Assembly (NCBI RefSeq): GCF_018350175.1
Contig: NC_058368.1
Coordinates: 126,606,001-126,670,000 of the forward strand
DNA from: Felis catus
Lineage: Eukaryota
Direction of reading: 5' to 3'
Length of the DNA stretch: 64,000 nucleotides
Shown here: positions 49,431 through 62,071 of the stretch, piece by piece
Position numbering within the stretch: position 1 is the first letter of the stretch
Layout: the number at the start of each line of letters is the position of its first letter
Notes under the pieces: generated by a model
What the model saw: the letters and a program-made list of their open reading frames with translations, nothing else
Told to the model about the DNA's origin: nothing
Databases searched by the model: none
Made by a program: the position numbers and the translations under genes

Positions 49431-51647
49431 GGCATTTCCTTTTAGACTTTTCCTGAAGTCTAGACCTATTAATTCAACTAATTCTTAGCTATCTTGGCCT
49501 TCCTATCCCACAGCCATCTCCTACTTGGAATATCACAAAAAGAATGTATTTTTTCACTTAACCCTGACCCTCCTTGCATTCAGGGACTGGGGAAATTGTG
49601 ACGCTTCATAATCTACTTAGAAATTTTACCTGCATGGAGACCCCTTGTCTCTTCTCTGTCCTATGAGCTCCTTTGTATCTTTTTCGAACTACTCAGCATA
49701 AAATGAACATTCACCCAATTTCTCTTAGCAAAGAGCCAGACCTACCTTGTTGCAATAGAAGGTAAACAGGATTTGCTGTGATGCTTAGAAACAGTACACA
49801 GGACTTGTACTCCTCTCTGAAATGGAGAGGATATTGGATGGTAATAATAATGACTGATAAACAGATTGTAAATATCAAATGGAATAATGTAAATGAAATA
49901 GCTTTGTAACTAGGAGATGGTATTGTATTTTTTTTAAAGGAAATACCCGTGGGGAAATAAGATAGAAGTCTATCTTATTATAAGCCACTTTGGTTTTATG
50001 TTCGTTCAGTTTGCCACCAGAAATTATTATAATTTAACATTATGAAGAAGGTTCTGTTAACTGTTTACTTTTCATCCCGGTGACTTGTACATCTGGAATA
50101 AGACCAAGAATTAAGTAAAAGGCAAGAAGGAGTGGCTTCCAAGTAGTCGACAACAGCCCTAGAACCAAAAGGAGTAAAGACTCTTCCTCATGTGGGAGGT
50201 TCCATGCTGAGGTCAAAAGGCAGTCTCACTTCTGCAGTAGTGGTCAAAATGGAGTACATAGCAGGGAAGGCATGCACCGGGTAGAAAGCAAGAAGAAAAG
50301 GGCAAATGGAAACAATGTAAAAATAGCAGCATAAAGTCCAAGGGGCTGTAGCAGGGGTGTGGAGATCACAGGCCAAGCTGTGAACCACAGGGTCTCTGGT
50401 TTTGGGGAGAGGAAAGCAGCCCAGTGTATCTGACACCAGAGCAGACCCCTCTCATAAATCCATTCTGAAGAAGACTGTGAGATGAATAGAAGTAAAAGCC
50501 AGAAATAAAACAGTATAATTTCTGTTACTGAACTTGGCATATGTGGTAGGGCTGTGCTAGTAAGTGAGATTTCTCCAAGTGAAGTAATTTTGGTGGCTAT
50601 TGAATTGTACACTAAATAACAACTTGACTTTTTAGCTAGTTTGTGTGAACTAAAATTTACACTTAACCAATAATACACTTTTGTAGTTGACATTCTCTTT
50701 CACCGTTGAAAATATAAATACAAAAAAGTTCTACGCATTGTGGGCCAATTCAGACAGACCGAAGTAACTCACATTCTGAATCTGAAAACAACTGAATTCA
50801 CCTATGTCTGGGGCCAGCTGTCTAACTAAGTCATCCAAACGAGCTTCTGTGGAGATAGATTAGTATTAAAGGCTAAAAAGTAAATAGTTATTTGAAGCTT
50901 ACAGGCATGTCTGTCCTTAGTATCAAAACTCAACAACAATTGTTGAGAATTGTGACAATTTTTGAGGGGAAGAGTACCGTGTCATTGACAAGGTTTTGTT
51001 TGTCAGTGTCTGACACATGGCAATAAAAGAGAACATTGAGATACTTTTATTAAAGCTCTGTACATAATGCACAGTTTTATTGCTTGCAACTGGGGGAAAT
51101 CCATCCCACCACTGTGGGAGAGCCCACAGCCCAACGAGGAAAACATTTGGATCAGTGTTCAGAGAAGGACACATAACCTCATCGCCTTAGTGGACTCTGA
51201 GGAGTTTTTGCTAGATTATAGTGTCAGATAAAGATGAGCCTTTCCAGTTGATACTATCTTGATCTTAGTCATGCATGTACAACACCAAAAAAGATTTCTT
51301 TGCAAATTCAGTTGTAGGAAAAGTTCTGATTTTCTTTGGTTGCCTACCATAAGTATTACTGTTATACAAATTAAAGATTTCATCTGTGTCATTGTTGGCT
51401 TGGACAGACAGAATTTAGAATAGATGTGTATATCCCCATACATACATCCCTCCCATCCACATGCATAAACCCCCACCAGCAGCACACACCCCCTACCTTC
51501 TTTATCTCTTCCTTCACCATCAGTGTGTCTCAGGTCTCTCTTCTATCTCTTCCTCCCTCTCTGTGTCTGTCTTTAATTTTTGAAAAATAGTTATTTCTCA
51601 TATGATGAAAGGAACATTGTTCGGGAATGCATTTTTTTGAATCTTCT

Positions 51648-51847
51648 TTTATTTTATTTTACTGTATTTTAGAGAGTGTGAACAGGGCCCGAGAGAGGAG
51701 AGAGAGAGAGAAACAGAGAAAAAATCTCAAGTAGGCTCTAAGTTCAGTGCAGAGACCAACATGGGCCACACCCATGACCCTGGGGTCATGACCTGAGCTT
51801 AAATCAAAAGTCCGACGCTCAACCCTTTGAGCCACCCAGGTGCCCCT
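51648..51847 (-). mobile_element. CanSINE (older)
   Basis: SINEC body; TSD AATCTTCT. Confidence 0.9.
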
Positions 51848-53019
51848 AATCTTCTGGCTTTATATTATTTTTTAAATGGCTGTAATGTACCCTTTGCATA
51901 CCTTAGCATATACCAAATTTTGAATTTAATTATATCATTTAAATATAGGGGGCATGCTAATTATTTCAGCTGTTGAAGAGCTTTCTAGTGAGTACAAAAA
52001 TAAAAAATTTAAAGTTGTGGAATAATGAGAAATCCTCCACTCTGAATACATAAATTATTCCCTCGTGTGAGGAGCTGTTAAAAAGTCCAGCCTCTAGATC
52101 GACAGAACCAAAATCTCTGGGATGAGACCCAAAATTAAAAAAGCACCGCATGTATTTCTAATGGTCATTCAGCTGGAAGAATCATTCACTGGTGACTAGA
52201 TTTGTATTTTTTCCAGTTGTCCTTATGATATTTAATTATTATGGTCCTGATTTTACATTTCTATTCTGTCATTTTATTGTCTGTGTTCTTAATTCATCTT
52301 GAACATCACTTCAATAGACAATTGGAAATAATTATTAGAGGGGAGAAAGCATCCTTTTTTCCCTTTTCTAGAATGCATGAATTCTCAGCATTGTGCATGC
52401 AGAATGCAAAGTCGTAGGTTTGAAAGGTCATAAATCAGCTGCAAGTTTCTCAGCAGGGTGTATTTTAAAATGTATGACCTTCTGTTCTTCCAGCATATCA
52501 CTAAAGAATTTTCCATGCCATCAAATGCAGTGAAAATCCGTGCTTTTTATATCTTCATATACAATATATTACAAGAATCTCCCTCAGAAATGTATAAAAT
52601 TGTTGTTTTTATTTAAATAATAGCCCCCTTATTTTTACTACCAGATAAAATTCACAATTGCAAAGAAAGAGAGAAAAACGGACAAAATAGAACACACAAG
52701 CTTCTGAGAAGCATAGATAATGTACTACTTTTTCTAGCTGCTAAGATTGTATAACAGAGAAAAAAGCACTATAATACACTGCCCATGGCTTTTCCACTGG
52801 TGAATCAGCTTCTTGTAGTCCAGGCTGTCTAACTGGTTATGTTTTCAAAATCATTGTGGTATTGTCTGACTAGCATTGGATATTTAGTGAAGATACAGTG
52901 TGGATATTAACCCATGAATTCACTTTTATTTTTCATAGAAGAAACAGCAGTTTTACTGATTAAAAATGACCATTTGAGTGTTAATGTATCCCAAATAATT
53001 AAATAATATTTTAAATTTT

Positions 53020-53365
53020 TATAATATTTATAGGAGAGAGGAGTTCTCAGCTGAGGGAAGGTGGGCTCTGAGAAGTTCAGGCATTTTCTAAGATTATTTG
53101 GCTGGTAGACTGCAGAGCTGAAATTAAAATCCAGATGTGCAGATTGAAAAGCCTAGATTCGCATCCCTAATGCTGGTAGTTCTTATACTTTGCCATATGT
53201 AGTAATCTCTAAGAACTTGTTGAAAATGTTGATTTCTCTTTAGCGATCCCCCTTCAGTAGTTTTGAGAGACTAAGAATCTGCATTTTAACAAACATTTGG
53301 GTAAGCCTGACCTCGCCCAAGGAAAGCCTTACACTGTGGGTGACCTACACTAGAGAACCGCTCAG
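53020..53365. mobile_element. MIR (minus strand) followed by a MER5-family fragment
   Basis: gagctgaaattaaaatccagatgtg; aagaatctgcattttaacaaac..cactagagaaccgc. Confidence 0.55.
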
Positions 53366-54384
53366 ATTGGGAACACAAGGAAACTCCCCAACATTGTTCT
53401 GGTTATATCACCTGGGTTTTGTTTCCTTAGAACTAAGGTGACAGGAAGCTACACCCAACCTACCCATCCTGGTTTGCTGGGTATTTTTCACCCAGAAATT
53501 TCCTTAACTATCATTTCTGACCTTAAAAAGGGAGTACTGAAAGCGTGTTTTAATCTTCATTTGGAATAAAGGCCCAAAGAGCCTGTAAAAATGGAGAAAG
53601 AGAGTGTTGAGAAAGAAGGCTCAGTAGGAGACTGCTAATGGCTTTTCTGGTCTGATTGGGTCCCCCAGTCCTCACTGATGGTGGTTGCTGTGATTTACCT
53701 GGAATTGAGGGGGCTTTCGGACAAGAAGAAAAACTCCATGGCAATGGTCAAAAGGTACGAGTCAGGGCAAAAGTGTGGCCAGAAGACATAGAGAAAAAAG
53801 CAGAGAAGAGAAGGAAGAAGACGGCTATGGAGATGGAAGGGGAAGGGGGGTGGGCTGGAATCTTACAACCAGAGCCAACCATGGTTAAACTCAACAGTGC
53901 ATCATTTCCATATACCAGATGTTTGATGGTCTTCTCTTTACAATAGTTAAAGCAATTGTAAATGACTGGTTTCAGCAAAATTAATCCTCTCATATAGGTA
54001 TCTCTACCAGTCAGGTTCACTTACATGATAGTTATGCTCAGTAGGTGATCAGTCTTTAATGGGAATTTGAAGTGTCAGAAAGGAGAGAAAGAAAAATGTA
54101 ATCATGTCTGTGAACTCCAAAACTGTTCATGTTCTTGGCGTTTGCTCCAAGTGGCCTAAGTATCTTGAAAGTGCTAAGCAGGTTATAGAAGCAGTGTAGT
54201 ATTGGAGAAATGCTAACTAAGTTTTGGTTTTGTAATACCATGGTAAGGTATTCCACATGCCTTGGAATTTCTGTGAATATCCATTTATCCACGTAAAACG
54301 TGGTGTTTATAAATCTGCACAGGATACTTAAAAGGGGTAAGTGAATAATCATTTAGTACAGGGCCTGGTGGATAGCAAGTATAG

Positions 54385-54820
54385 CAGAGTCCTGTCAGGA
54401 AACAGAATCTATTCCAGATGGTTCAAAGAAAAAGACTTTTATGGAGAGATGATTTACAAGTGTGTTGGCAAGGATAAGAAATGGATGGCAAGGCTTATGG
54501 AGCCTGTCCCTGCAGGAAAGCATTACTGAGTTTGGGCCTGAAGTCACAAGAGTTGAGTAGCTATTCCCCCACTAGAGCAGGAGCCCTGGAGGAAAAGCCT
54601 GTGAGAGCTGTAATATGGAGAGACCAGCTACTGCCAGAGAAGTGGAGTAGGAGTGGCCTCTTCATCCTCCTGCCATCTGAACTCTTTTTCTGGAGACTAC
54701 CAGTGCACCAACCAATTGGAAGCCACCTGACAGGAAACCTGGGTGATAGAGTTCAAAGGGGCTGGCCTCCCTGGGCACAGAGCAAGATGGGCATGGGATG
54801 GATGTGGAAGGAGGAAGTAC
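54385..54820. mobile_element. Old ERVL-like LTR fragment
   Basis: cagagtcctgtcaggaaacaga..gggtgatagagttcaaagggg..cctccctgggcacagagca resembles ancient LTRs; subfamily unknown. Confidence 0.4.
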
Positions 54821-55744
54821 ACAGGAGTTTTTCAGTGAAGTCTTTTCTACCTCTCAACCCTAATCTATCACAAAGACACAAATAGTCTTATATTTCCAAA
54901 TAAAATTGCATGTGTAACGTTGAGAGAAACAGTTTTGATTTAGTTTATTATCCCATTAATGAATATTTGTCAAGTCCAGCTATAAATTAAAGTTAAACAT
55001 GACTCTTCCTTTACACAAACCTCAAGACCACTAGGGGTTATGTACTTGGAAAGACATAACTTTTGGACCCAAATCCTATCTCTAAGATACATAATTATCC
55101 CTCAACTTGCTGAGAAATTTAATGTCCTTTGCCCAAAGACCTTCCATGAGTGAATTTGACACTGAAAATATTAGACGGTCTAGAATAAGAAAAGGAGCAA
55201 GCACCTCATTGTATGCTGCTGATGCTTCTACTTCTCAGTTCCATTCTTCACCAAGACTACTTCTCCACAAATGGGAGTTACGTTTCATTTGATAGGTGGG
55301 GCCTCCCTCTTCCTCATAGAGGTACAGAATAGTCAGGTTGGTGGAGACTGGTCAGTCTGTTGGGAACAGAAAAGATGTATCCATGTGATGGGTCTTGAGA
55401 TGGAAGCAGAGATAGGATTAGAACTGAGCAACTGTCAGTCAATTGGCCAATCTGTAAGAACATCTAGATCTGTAAGAAAAGGAATATCTTTTAACCATAG
55501 GCCTGGAGGACTTGTGGAAATATCTTGGTTAGGTAACCCCATCATCTTTTCAACCATGGACAAGATTTGGTGACTAAATTGTGCTCTGCTACAACATTAA
55601 ATTGACCTTGGCTTCTGCACATGGAATAAATTATAAATCATAGTTATCACTTGTTAAATGCCCTATATAGTCCAGATGTGCACCAAGAGTTTTAGATACC
55701 TTTGTTCTAATATCCATACCTATTAATGGATGACTAGATTAAAT

Positions 55745-56655
55745 TTAAAAAGTAATATCTCATAATGATACTCAAAGGGAGGGCCTTCTTTATGGAAGAA
55801 TGTCAGCTAATACAAGGAAAGGAAAAACAATCAGAAACTCACAATTACTCATCCATGAATGTAGTAACTGATTCAAGCAAATATCCTTGTGGGTGCTTAA
55901 ACATAGTAAGTGAAAGGTTTAAAGGATAGAATATCCACACGTCTCCACATGTCTCAAAGCACCATGCCACAGGTTAGTTATTAATTAGAAAGGGATAACC
56001 AGCCACAAACGGCCTGGATGCCTCAAAAATGTCAAAGGCATGAAAAAAAAATTTAGGGAAAGTGGTCTAAACTAAAACAGATATAAAGATGACAGGTAAT
56101 TTTATTGTGTGATCTTTTTGGGCCCTAGATAAAGGGGTAAAAATCAGGTACACAGATATTAGTGGGACACTAGGGGAAGTTTAAAATGATCTACATACTA
56201 CATAGTTTGATAGTTTTGCATATGACTTCTTGGTTGCTTTAATGGACTGTGCTTATGTAGGAGACTGTCTTTTAGTCTTAGAAATCTGTGAGGTATTTAA
56301 ATGTCATAGTCTGATGGGGCGCCTGGGTGGCGCAGTCCGTTAAGCGTCTGACTTCAGCCAGGTCACGATCTCGCGGTCCGTGAGTTCGAGCCCCGCCTCA
56401 GGCTCTGGGCTGATGGCTCAGAGCCTGGAGCCTGTTTCCGATTCTGTGTCTCCCTCTCTCTCTGCCCCTCCCCCGTTCATGCTCTGTCTCTCTCTGTCCC
56501 AAAAATAAATAAACGTTGAAAAAAAATTAAAAAAAAAAATAAATGTCACAGTCTGCAACTTTGAGCTTTCAAATAGCTCAACAGCCTCAAAATGTTAAAT
56601 ATAGCGAATATCGCAAAACTTCAACAATTGATGAACTTAGGTGAAAACTAGATGC
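55745..56655 (+). mobile_element. L1MC-type 3' fragment split by a young CanSINE
   Basis: ctcataatgatactcaaa..ggaagaatgtcagctaata..gtagtaactgattcaagcaa..ctcaaaaatgtcaaaggcatgaaa. Confidence 0.65.
56316..56540 (+). mobile_element. Very young SINEC_Fc-type CanSINE
   Basis: CpG-rich and near consensus; TSD AAATGTCA(T/C)AGTCTG. Confidence 0.97.
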
Positions 56656-56659
56656 ACAC

Positions 56660-57090
56660 CTTTTTTTATTGCAATACAGTTAATATATAGTAGTATATTA
56701 GTTTGAGGTGTACAACTAGTGATTCAGCAATTCTATACATTACTCATTGCTCATCATGATGAGTGAACTCTTGATCTCCATCACCTATTTCACCCATCCC
56801 TCTCCACCTTCCCGCTGGTAACAGTTGATTTTCTATAGGTGAGAATGTGATTCTTGGTTTGTCTCTTTAATTTTGTTGATTTGCTTTGTTTCTTAAATTT
56901 CACATGTAAGTGAAATTATATAGTATTTGTCTTTCTCTAATTGATTTTTTTCACTTAGCACCATGTTCTCTAGATCTATTCAGGTTGTTGCAAATGGCAA
57001 GATTGCATTCTTTTGTATGGCTGAGTAATAGTTCACTGTATACACATATAAAAAATATATATACTATAAACACATATATACATATCATGT

Positions 57091-57122
<32 letters not shown>

Positions 57123-57175
57123 GTAAACACACACATCATCTTTATCCATTCATCTATCGATGGACACTTAGATAA
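56660..57175 (-). mobile_element. L1 3' end fragment (carnivore/L1MA type)
   Basis: atattagtttgaggtgtacaa..gtgattca..ttcacttagc..tccattcatctatcgatggacactta. Confidence 0.85.
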
Positions 57176-57484
57176 TGTCCATCAACACTTAACTGCAGAG
57201 ATGTAAAGGTTTTTTTGATGGAAGACAAAAACAATAGTGTTATTGATCCCACTTACTCAAAAGTGGAAACAAAGGTTAAGGTCCCCGAGCTAGTACATGC
57301 TAGAGCTAATATTCAAAGCTAGGTCTTTCTAACTCTACTAGCTCTTTAAATATATTTTGGCTCTGGAATAGTCAATGTAAACACAATCAATGTGAAAGGG
57401 CCTTGAAAAATAATGTCTTTTATTTCCCTAAGTTCCTTGTGACCAGAATAGATAAGGGTCCCTCCCTGAAAGGTGAGGACTTGG

Positions 57485-58090
57485 GTTTGGTTTACAAGTA
57501 GGCCATTTTTCCCCCTAGCTCCTTGTTAAGGGGGCAGGTATTTCCTTCTCCTCTGAATATTACAGACAGTGGCTTTGAATTCATTCAGTATCAGTTATTA
57601 AGGCCCAATACAAACCCTCATGGAATGCTAGGATCCAAGTTAATCTTTGCATCTTCTTCAGACTACAAGCTAGCAGACAATAGGAGACAACTTTGAAAAA
57701 AGCTCCAGTAAAATTCATCATAATCAGAGGTATTGTTGTGGTTTCATTTTGCAATGATAGCACCTGAACAGAAGGGCAGGAAAAGGGCATTTATTCAAAC
57801 CCTTTGGTCCCCTTTCTTCAAGAGGTTTATCAACTATTTATGAAAACAGTGATCTGTATAGTGTGTATGAAGTGATTAATCGTGTAAAAATGGATTCAGT
57901 TGAATTTGAAAGTATCTGTATCAAGTAATGCCTGTTCCACGTCCATAAATTTGGATAAATTGGTTCAGACTCAGAATGAATAGTGTATGCAAGTTTAAAG
58001 TCTCTTTTAACATCTTCTATTGCTGTATAACAACATATTGTTAGGACATCTGAGCAAATCGTCATTGAATGTCTTCAGTCACTGTAACTA
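57485..58090 (-). pseudogene. Possible decayed JmjC/cupin-like (Cupin_8 type) coding remnant
   Basis: Acceptor ctttcctttgtatctag at ~58090. Frameshifted translation, in order: DVKRDFKLAYTIHSESEPIYPNLWTWNRHYLIQILSNST; LSLQNETTTIP..DYDE; KVVLL; ILNEFKATVCNIQ..KYLPP*QGARGKNGLLVN. Resembles the JmjC pattern WP...W...YL / W.S...T..H.D..E / K...L / C.L.PGE.LYLP..W.H.V...N.AVN. Confidence 0.45.
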
Positions 58091-59467
58091 GATACAAAGG
58101 AAAGTCCTTGGTGCTTTGTGGACAGCAGCCCAACTTCCACTTTACATTGATGCCCTGTGTTTTAAACCTTACCTTTAGCATTTGGATTTTGTGAATTGCT
58201 GACAGGAGCCAGATCTTTTTTTGAAAGTGTTTTGTGCAGACGGGAGAGAGAGAAAAGCTCCCAGTAGATTAGTGGTGTCATTAAGCAATTTTGTTCTTTA
58301 TAGAGCAGGAAAATATAATAGGAGGTTTTAAGCTATTAATTCTATAGGCTAGTACTTCCCACCCACCAGGAAATGGTTATTTTCTCTACTCCTCAAGATG
58401 GGTGTTTTTTAATGTTTAAGTAAATCCCTGCCGCGCCTTTGTCTAATGAAAGAGCTGTACTTGAATGCTTCCTGTGGAGAATGCATCAGGGTGCAGCTTG
58501 TGCTCTGTTTCAGCTGCCACACACGGAGGGGTAAGGACGGGAAATCACATTTTTGTAGAAGGACTTTCCACATTTTTTTCTGAATGAAATTCTTTACCAA
58601 GTTTTAGGAAAAGGAAAAAATAGAAAATGTAAGAAAGTGAATTCTTAGGTTCTAGTTTAGCTGTGAGAAACCTTTGGTCATTCCCTTGATCCTCTTGTGT
58701 AACCAAGTATGAAATACTTTTTCAGACTCCGTCCAGTCATTCTTAGTGAAAATATGGCTTTACCACATGAATTCGGAGTTACTTTCTTCCCACCTGGAAT
58801 GATTGTCACTTTTCTCTCAGTGTATTTAGCAGCATAAATGCATTTGCCAAGGGGACATTTCTCAGGGTGCAGGTAGATAAGGGATTATCAACTGGGCTGC
58901 AAAAGGCTCTGTCAGAGGCTTGTGTCTGTGGCACCCCCATGAGGAATGTGGTTGTATGTCGCCTCCACAGAGCTCTCCCTACTCTTATGCTGGGGTGATT
59001 TCTAGCAAAGAAATACACAAGAATGTGCTTGAAATAAGCTCTGGTAAGACAAGAGGTGTCACTTAGAGTTCTAAGGATTAGTTGCACAAATCTGGACAAG
59101 ACCATCATCGCCTGACATGATGAACAAATGGGATGAGGAATTAGAGCAACATGCAGAACTTCATCATCATGTGATCTGTGAAACCGGTGACATGTTACAG
59201 GGTAGTACATAAGAGAGTGGAGTGTGCAGTGCCAGACTAACATGAGAATCAATGGGAACCAGGAGCATGTGAGTGTCTGGAGAAACTTCAGAGACCAGGT
59301 TAAAGTTCAAATCCAGCCAGTCACTAAAGATTGGATTCCTGAAAGGATTTTGGAATTCTAAAATTCTGATCTTTTTCATCTGATTTTTTTTTTCATTGGG
59401 CCACACTATGGAATCATCTCCCACTCATGAATAATTATGAAAAATTATGGAATTTGAAATTAATATT

Positions 59468-59582
59468 GGGGCTCTTGCCTGGCTCAGCTGGTAGAGCATG
59501 CACTTCTTGGTCTTGAGGTCATGATTTCAAGCCCACGTTGGGAGTAGAAACTACCTGAAAAAAAAAGCAAAAATAAATAAAA
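59468..59582 (+). mobile_element. Short, older CanSINE
   Basis: cctggctcagctggtagagcatgcact..gatttcaagcccacgttggg..A-tail. Confidence 0.85.
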
Positions 59583-60194
59583 TGAAATTAATATCTTACT
59601 CCTAGAAAGGGAATCTTCAATTTTCTGGCCAGATGTCAACCCTTTGGAGATTTAAGAAGACCAGCTATAACAACAACAACAACACCAGCTAGCTGCTCAT
59701 GGGACTTCCAAATACTTAGCCCAAAGTTGATTCTTTAAATAGGGCAATGTAACTACTTGTTGTAATACCAAGGTGACTTTGGTGGGAGTTAGTAAATACT
59801 GGCTGGGGAGAATCTCTTCCTTAAGTAAATCCTGAGAAGTTTAGTGTCATCCAAGCCCTCAGCTTTGTGAGTGTCTCCCCCTTCGCAAATGTTCCTTAAA
59901 TGGTGCCTCAGCAAAGAAAATACAGAGCTACATTCGTCTCCATTTTCCATAAAACCAATATTCAAGCCACATGAATATGGATTGTGTGAAAATTTACATT
60001 TTGAGTGATGAATTAGACAATTTTTTTTCTATGAATCATTAGAATTCTATAATGAAGAGGAATAGGAATTTAGGAGTTTTTTTTTTAACTGGAGGCATGA
60101 AAAATACACTATATTTAAAAGTAAAAAAAAACCCTGCACTTATAATAAATCAATGTAACTTTTATCCTCGCCCACAGATCCCTTTAACCCTCAG

Positions 60195-60945
60195 TATGAC
60201 CCAATTAAAAAAAAATAGGTAAAGGATGTGAATGCATGTTTCTCAAAAGAAGATATACAAATACCCAATAGGTAAATGAAAAAGTACTCAAATTCACTGA
60301 TCATAAGAGAAATGCAAATCAAAACAGTGGGTATGTCCTCACAACTATTATAAAGCCAATTATCAGAAGGATGAAAGACAAGCATTGGGGAAGATGTGGA
60401 GAAAGGGAAATGTTTTATACCATTGGTGGGAATTGATAAGACCATTGTAACAAAGAGTATAGAGTTTCTTTCATTTTTTTTTTAAACCATATTATGCTCC
60501 AACAGTCCCCCTTCTGGTTCTAGGGAAGAAAGTCAGTATCTTAAAGAGATGTCTTCACTGCTCTGTTCATTACTGCATTACTCACAATACCTAAATATGC
60601 ATCCATGGAAATATGGAAACAACCTAAATATGCATCCATGAATGAATGGATAAAGACAAGGTGCTAGCTATCTATGTCACTCACACATCCCGGAATATTA
60701 TTTGACCTTAGAAAAAGGAAATCCTACAATAACATGGATGAACTTGGAAGACATTCTGCTAAGGGAAATAAGTCACATGCAGAAATACAAATCCTTCATG
60801 ACCTCACCTGTGTTTGGAATTTAAAATAGTCAAACTCTTATAACAGAGAGTACACTGGGGGTTACTGGGTGAGAGGGGGAAATGGAAAGATGTTGGACAA
60901 GGGATGCTAAGTTTCAAACAAAATGAAAAGTTTCTGGAGATAAAA
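60195..60945 (+). mobile_element. L1MA-type fragment (ORF2 end/3'UTR) that resumes at 63744-63915 after Tigger1
   Basis: tctcaaaagaagatatacaaat..gaaatgcaaatcaaaac..atgaatggataaag..ttctggagat | gactatagttaacaatattgtatt..ttaattagcttgattgtg. Confidence 0.85.
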
Positions 60946-61450
60946 TGAGATACTGCAGGTTCAGTTCCAGGTCATGTCAGTAAAGAGAAAATTGTAATTA
61001 AGCGAGTCACACTTTCCCAGTGCTTTAAAATGTTAAGGTTTTACTGTACTGTAGTTCATAAAGTGTGTGATAGCACTGTCTAAAAAAACAATATACATAC
61101 CTTAATAGTTCTAAAAAATGTTGACTATCCTCTGAGCTTTCAGCAAGTTGAAATCTTCTTGCCTGTGGAGGTTGCCCCAATAATGATGGCTGTGTCTGAT
61201 CAGGTCCTGGTTGCTGAAGGTTCAGGTGGCTGTACCAATGTGTTAAAATAATGCAACAATGAAGTTTACTGCATTGATGGACTCTTGCTTTCACAAATGA
61301 TTTTGTCTGTAGCGTGTGATGCTGTTTGCTAGCATTTTACCCACAATAGAACTTGTTTTGAAATTAAGGTCATTCCTCTCAAACCCTGCGACTGCTTTAT
61401 CAACTGAGTAGATGTGTTATTCTAAACCCTTTGTTGTCATTTCAACAGTC

Positions 61451-61676
61451 TTTTTTTTTTTTTAATTTTTTTCAACGTTTATTTATTTTTGGGACAGAGA
61501 GAGACAGAGCATGAACGGGGGAGGGGCAGAGAGAGAGGGAGACACAGAATCGGAAACAGGCTCCAGGCTCTGAGCCATCAGCCCAGAGCCCGATGTGGGG
61601 CTCGAACTCACAGACCGCGAGATCGTGACCTGGCTGAAGTCAGACGCTTAACCGACTGCACCACCCAGGCGCCCCC
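61451..61676 (-). mobile_element. Very young SINEC_Fc-type CanSINE in Tigger1
   Basis: TSD TCAACAGTC(TT) at 61442-61450 and 61705-61713; extra T-rich segment at 61677-61704. Confidence 0.96.
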
Positions 61677-61850
61677 TTTTTTTTTTTTTAATTTTTTTTT
61701 TTCATCAACAGTCTTCACAGCATCTTCACCAGGAGTAGATTCAATCTCAAGAAACCACTTTGCTTATCCATAAGAAACAACTCTTCATCCATTTGGGCTT
61801 TATCATGAGATTGCAGCCTGTGAGATTCAGTCATACATTCAGGTGCCACT

Positions 61851-62071
61851 TTTTTTTTTTAATTTTTTTTTTCAACGTTTATTTTTGGGACAGAGAGAGA
61901 CAGAGCATGAATGGGGGAGGGGCAGAGAGAGAGGGAGACACAGAATCGGAAACAGGCTCCAGGCTCTGAGCCATCAGCCCAGAGCCCGACGCGGGGCTCG
62001 AACTCACGGACCGCGGGATCGTGACCTGGCTGAAGTCGGACGCTTAACCGACTGCTCCACCCAGGCGCCCC
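61851..62071 (-). mobile_element. Very young SINEC_Fc-type CanSINE in Tigger1
   Basis: Perfect TSD TCAGGTGCCACTTTT at 61839-61853 and 62072-62086. Confidence 0.97.
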
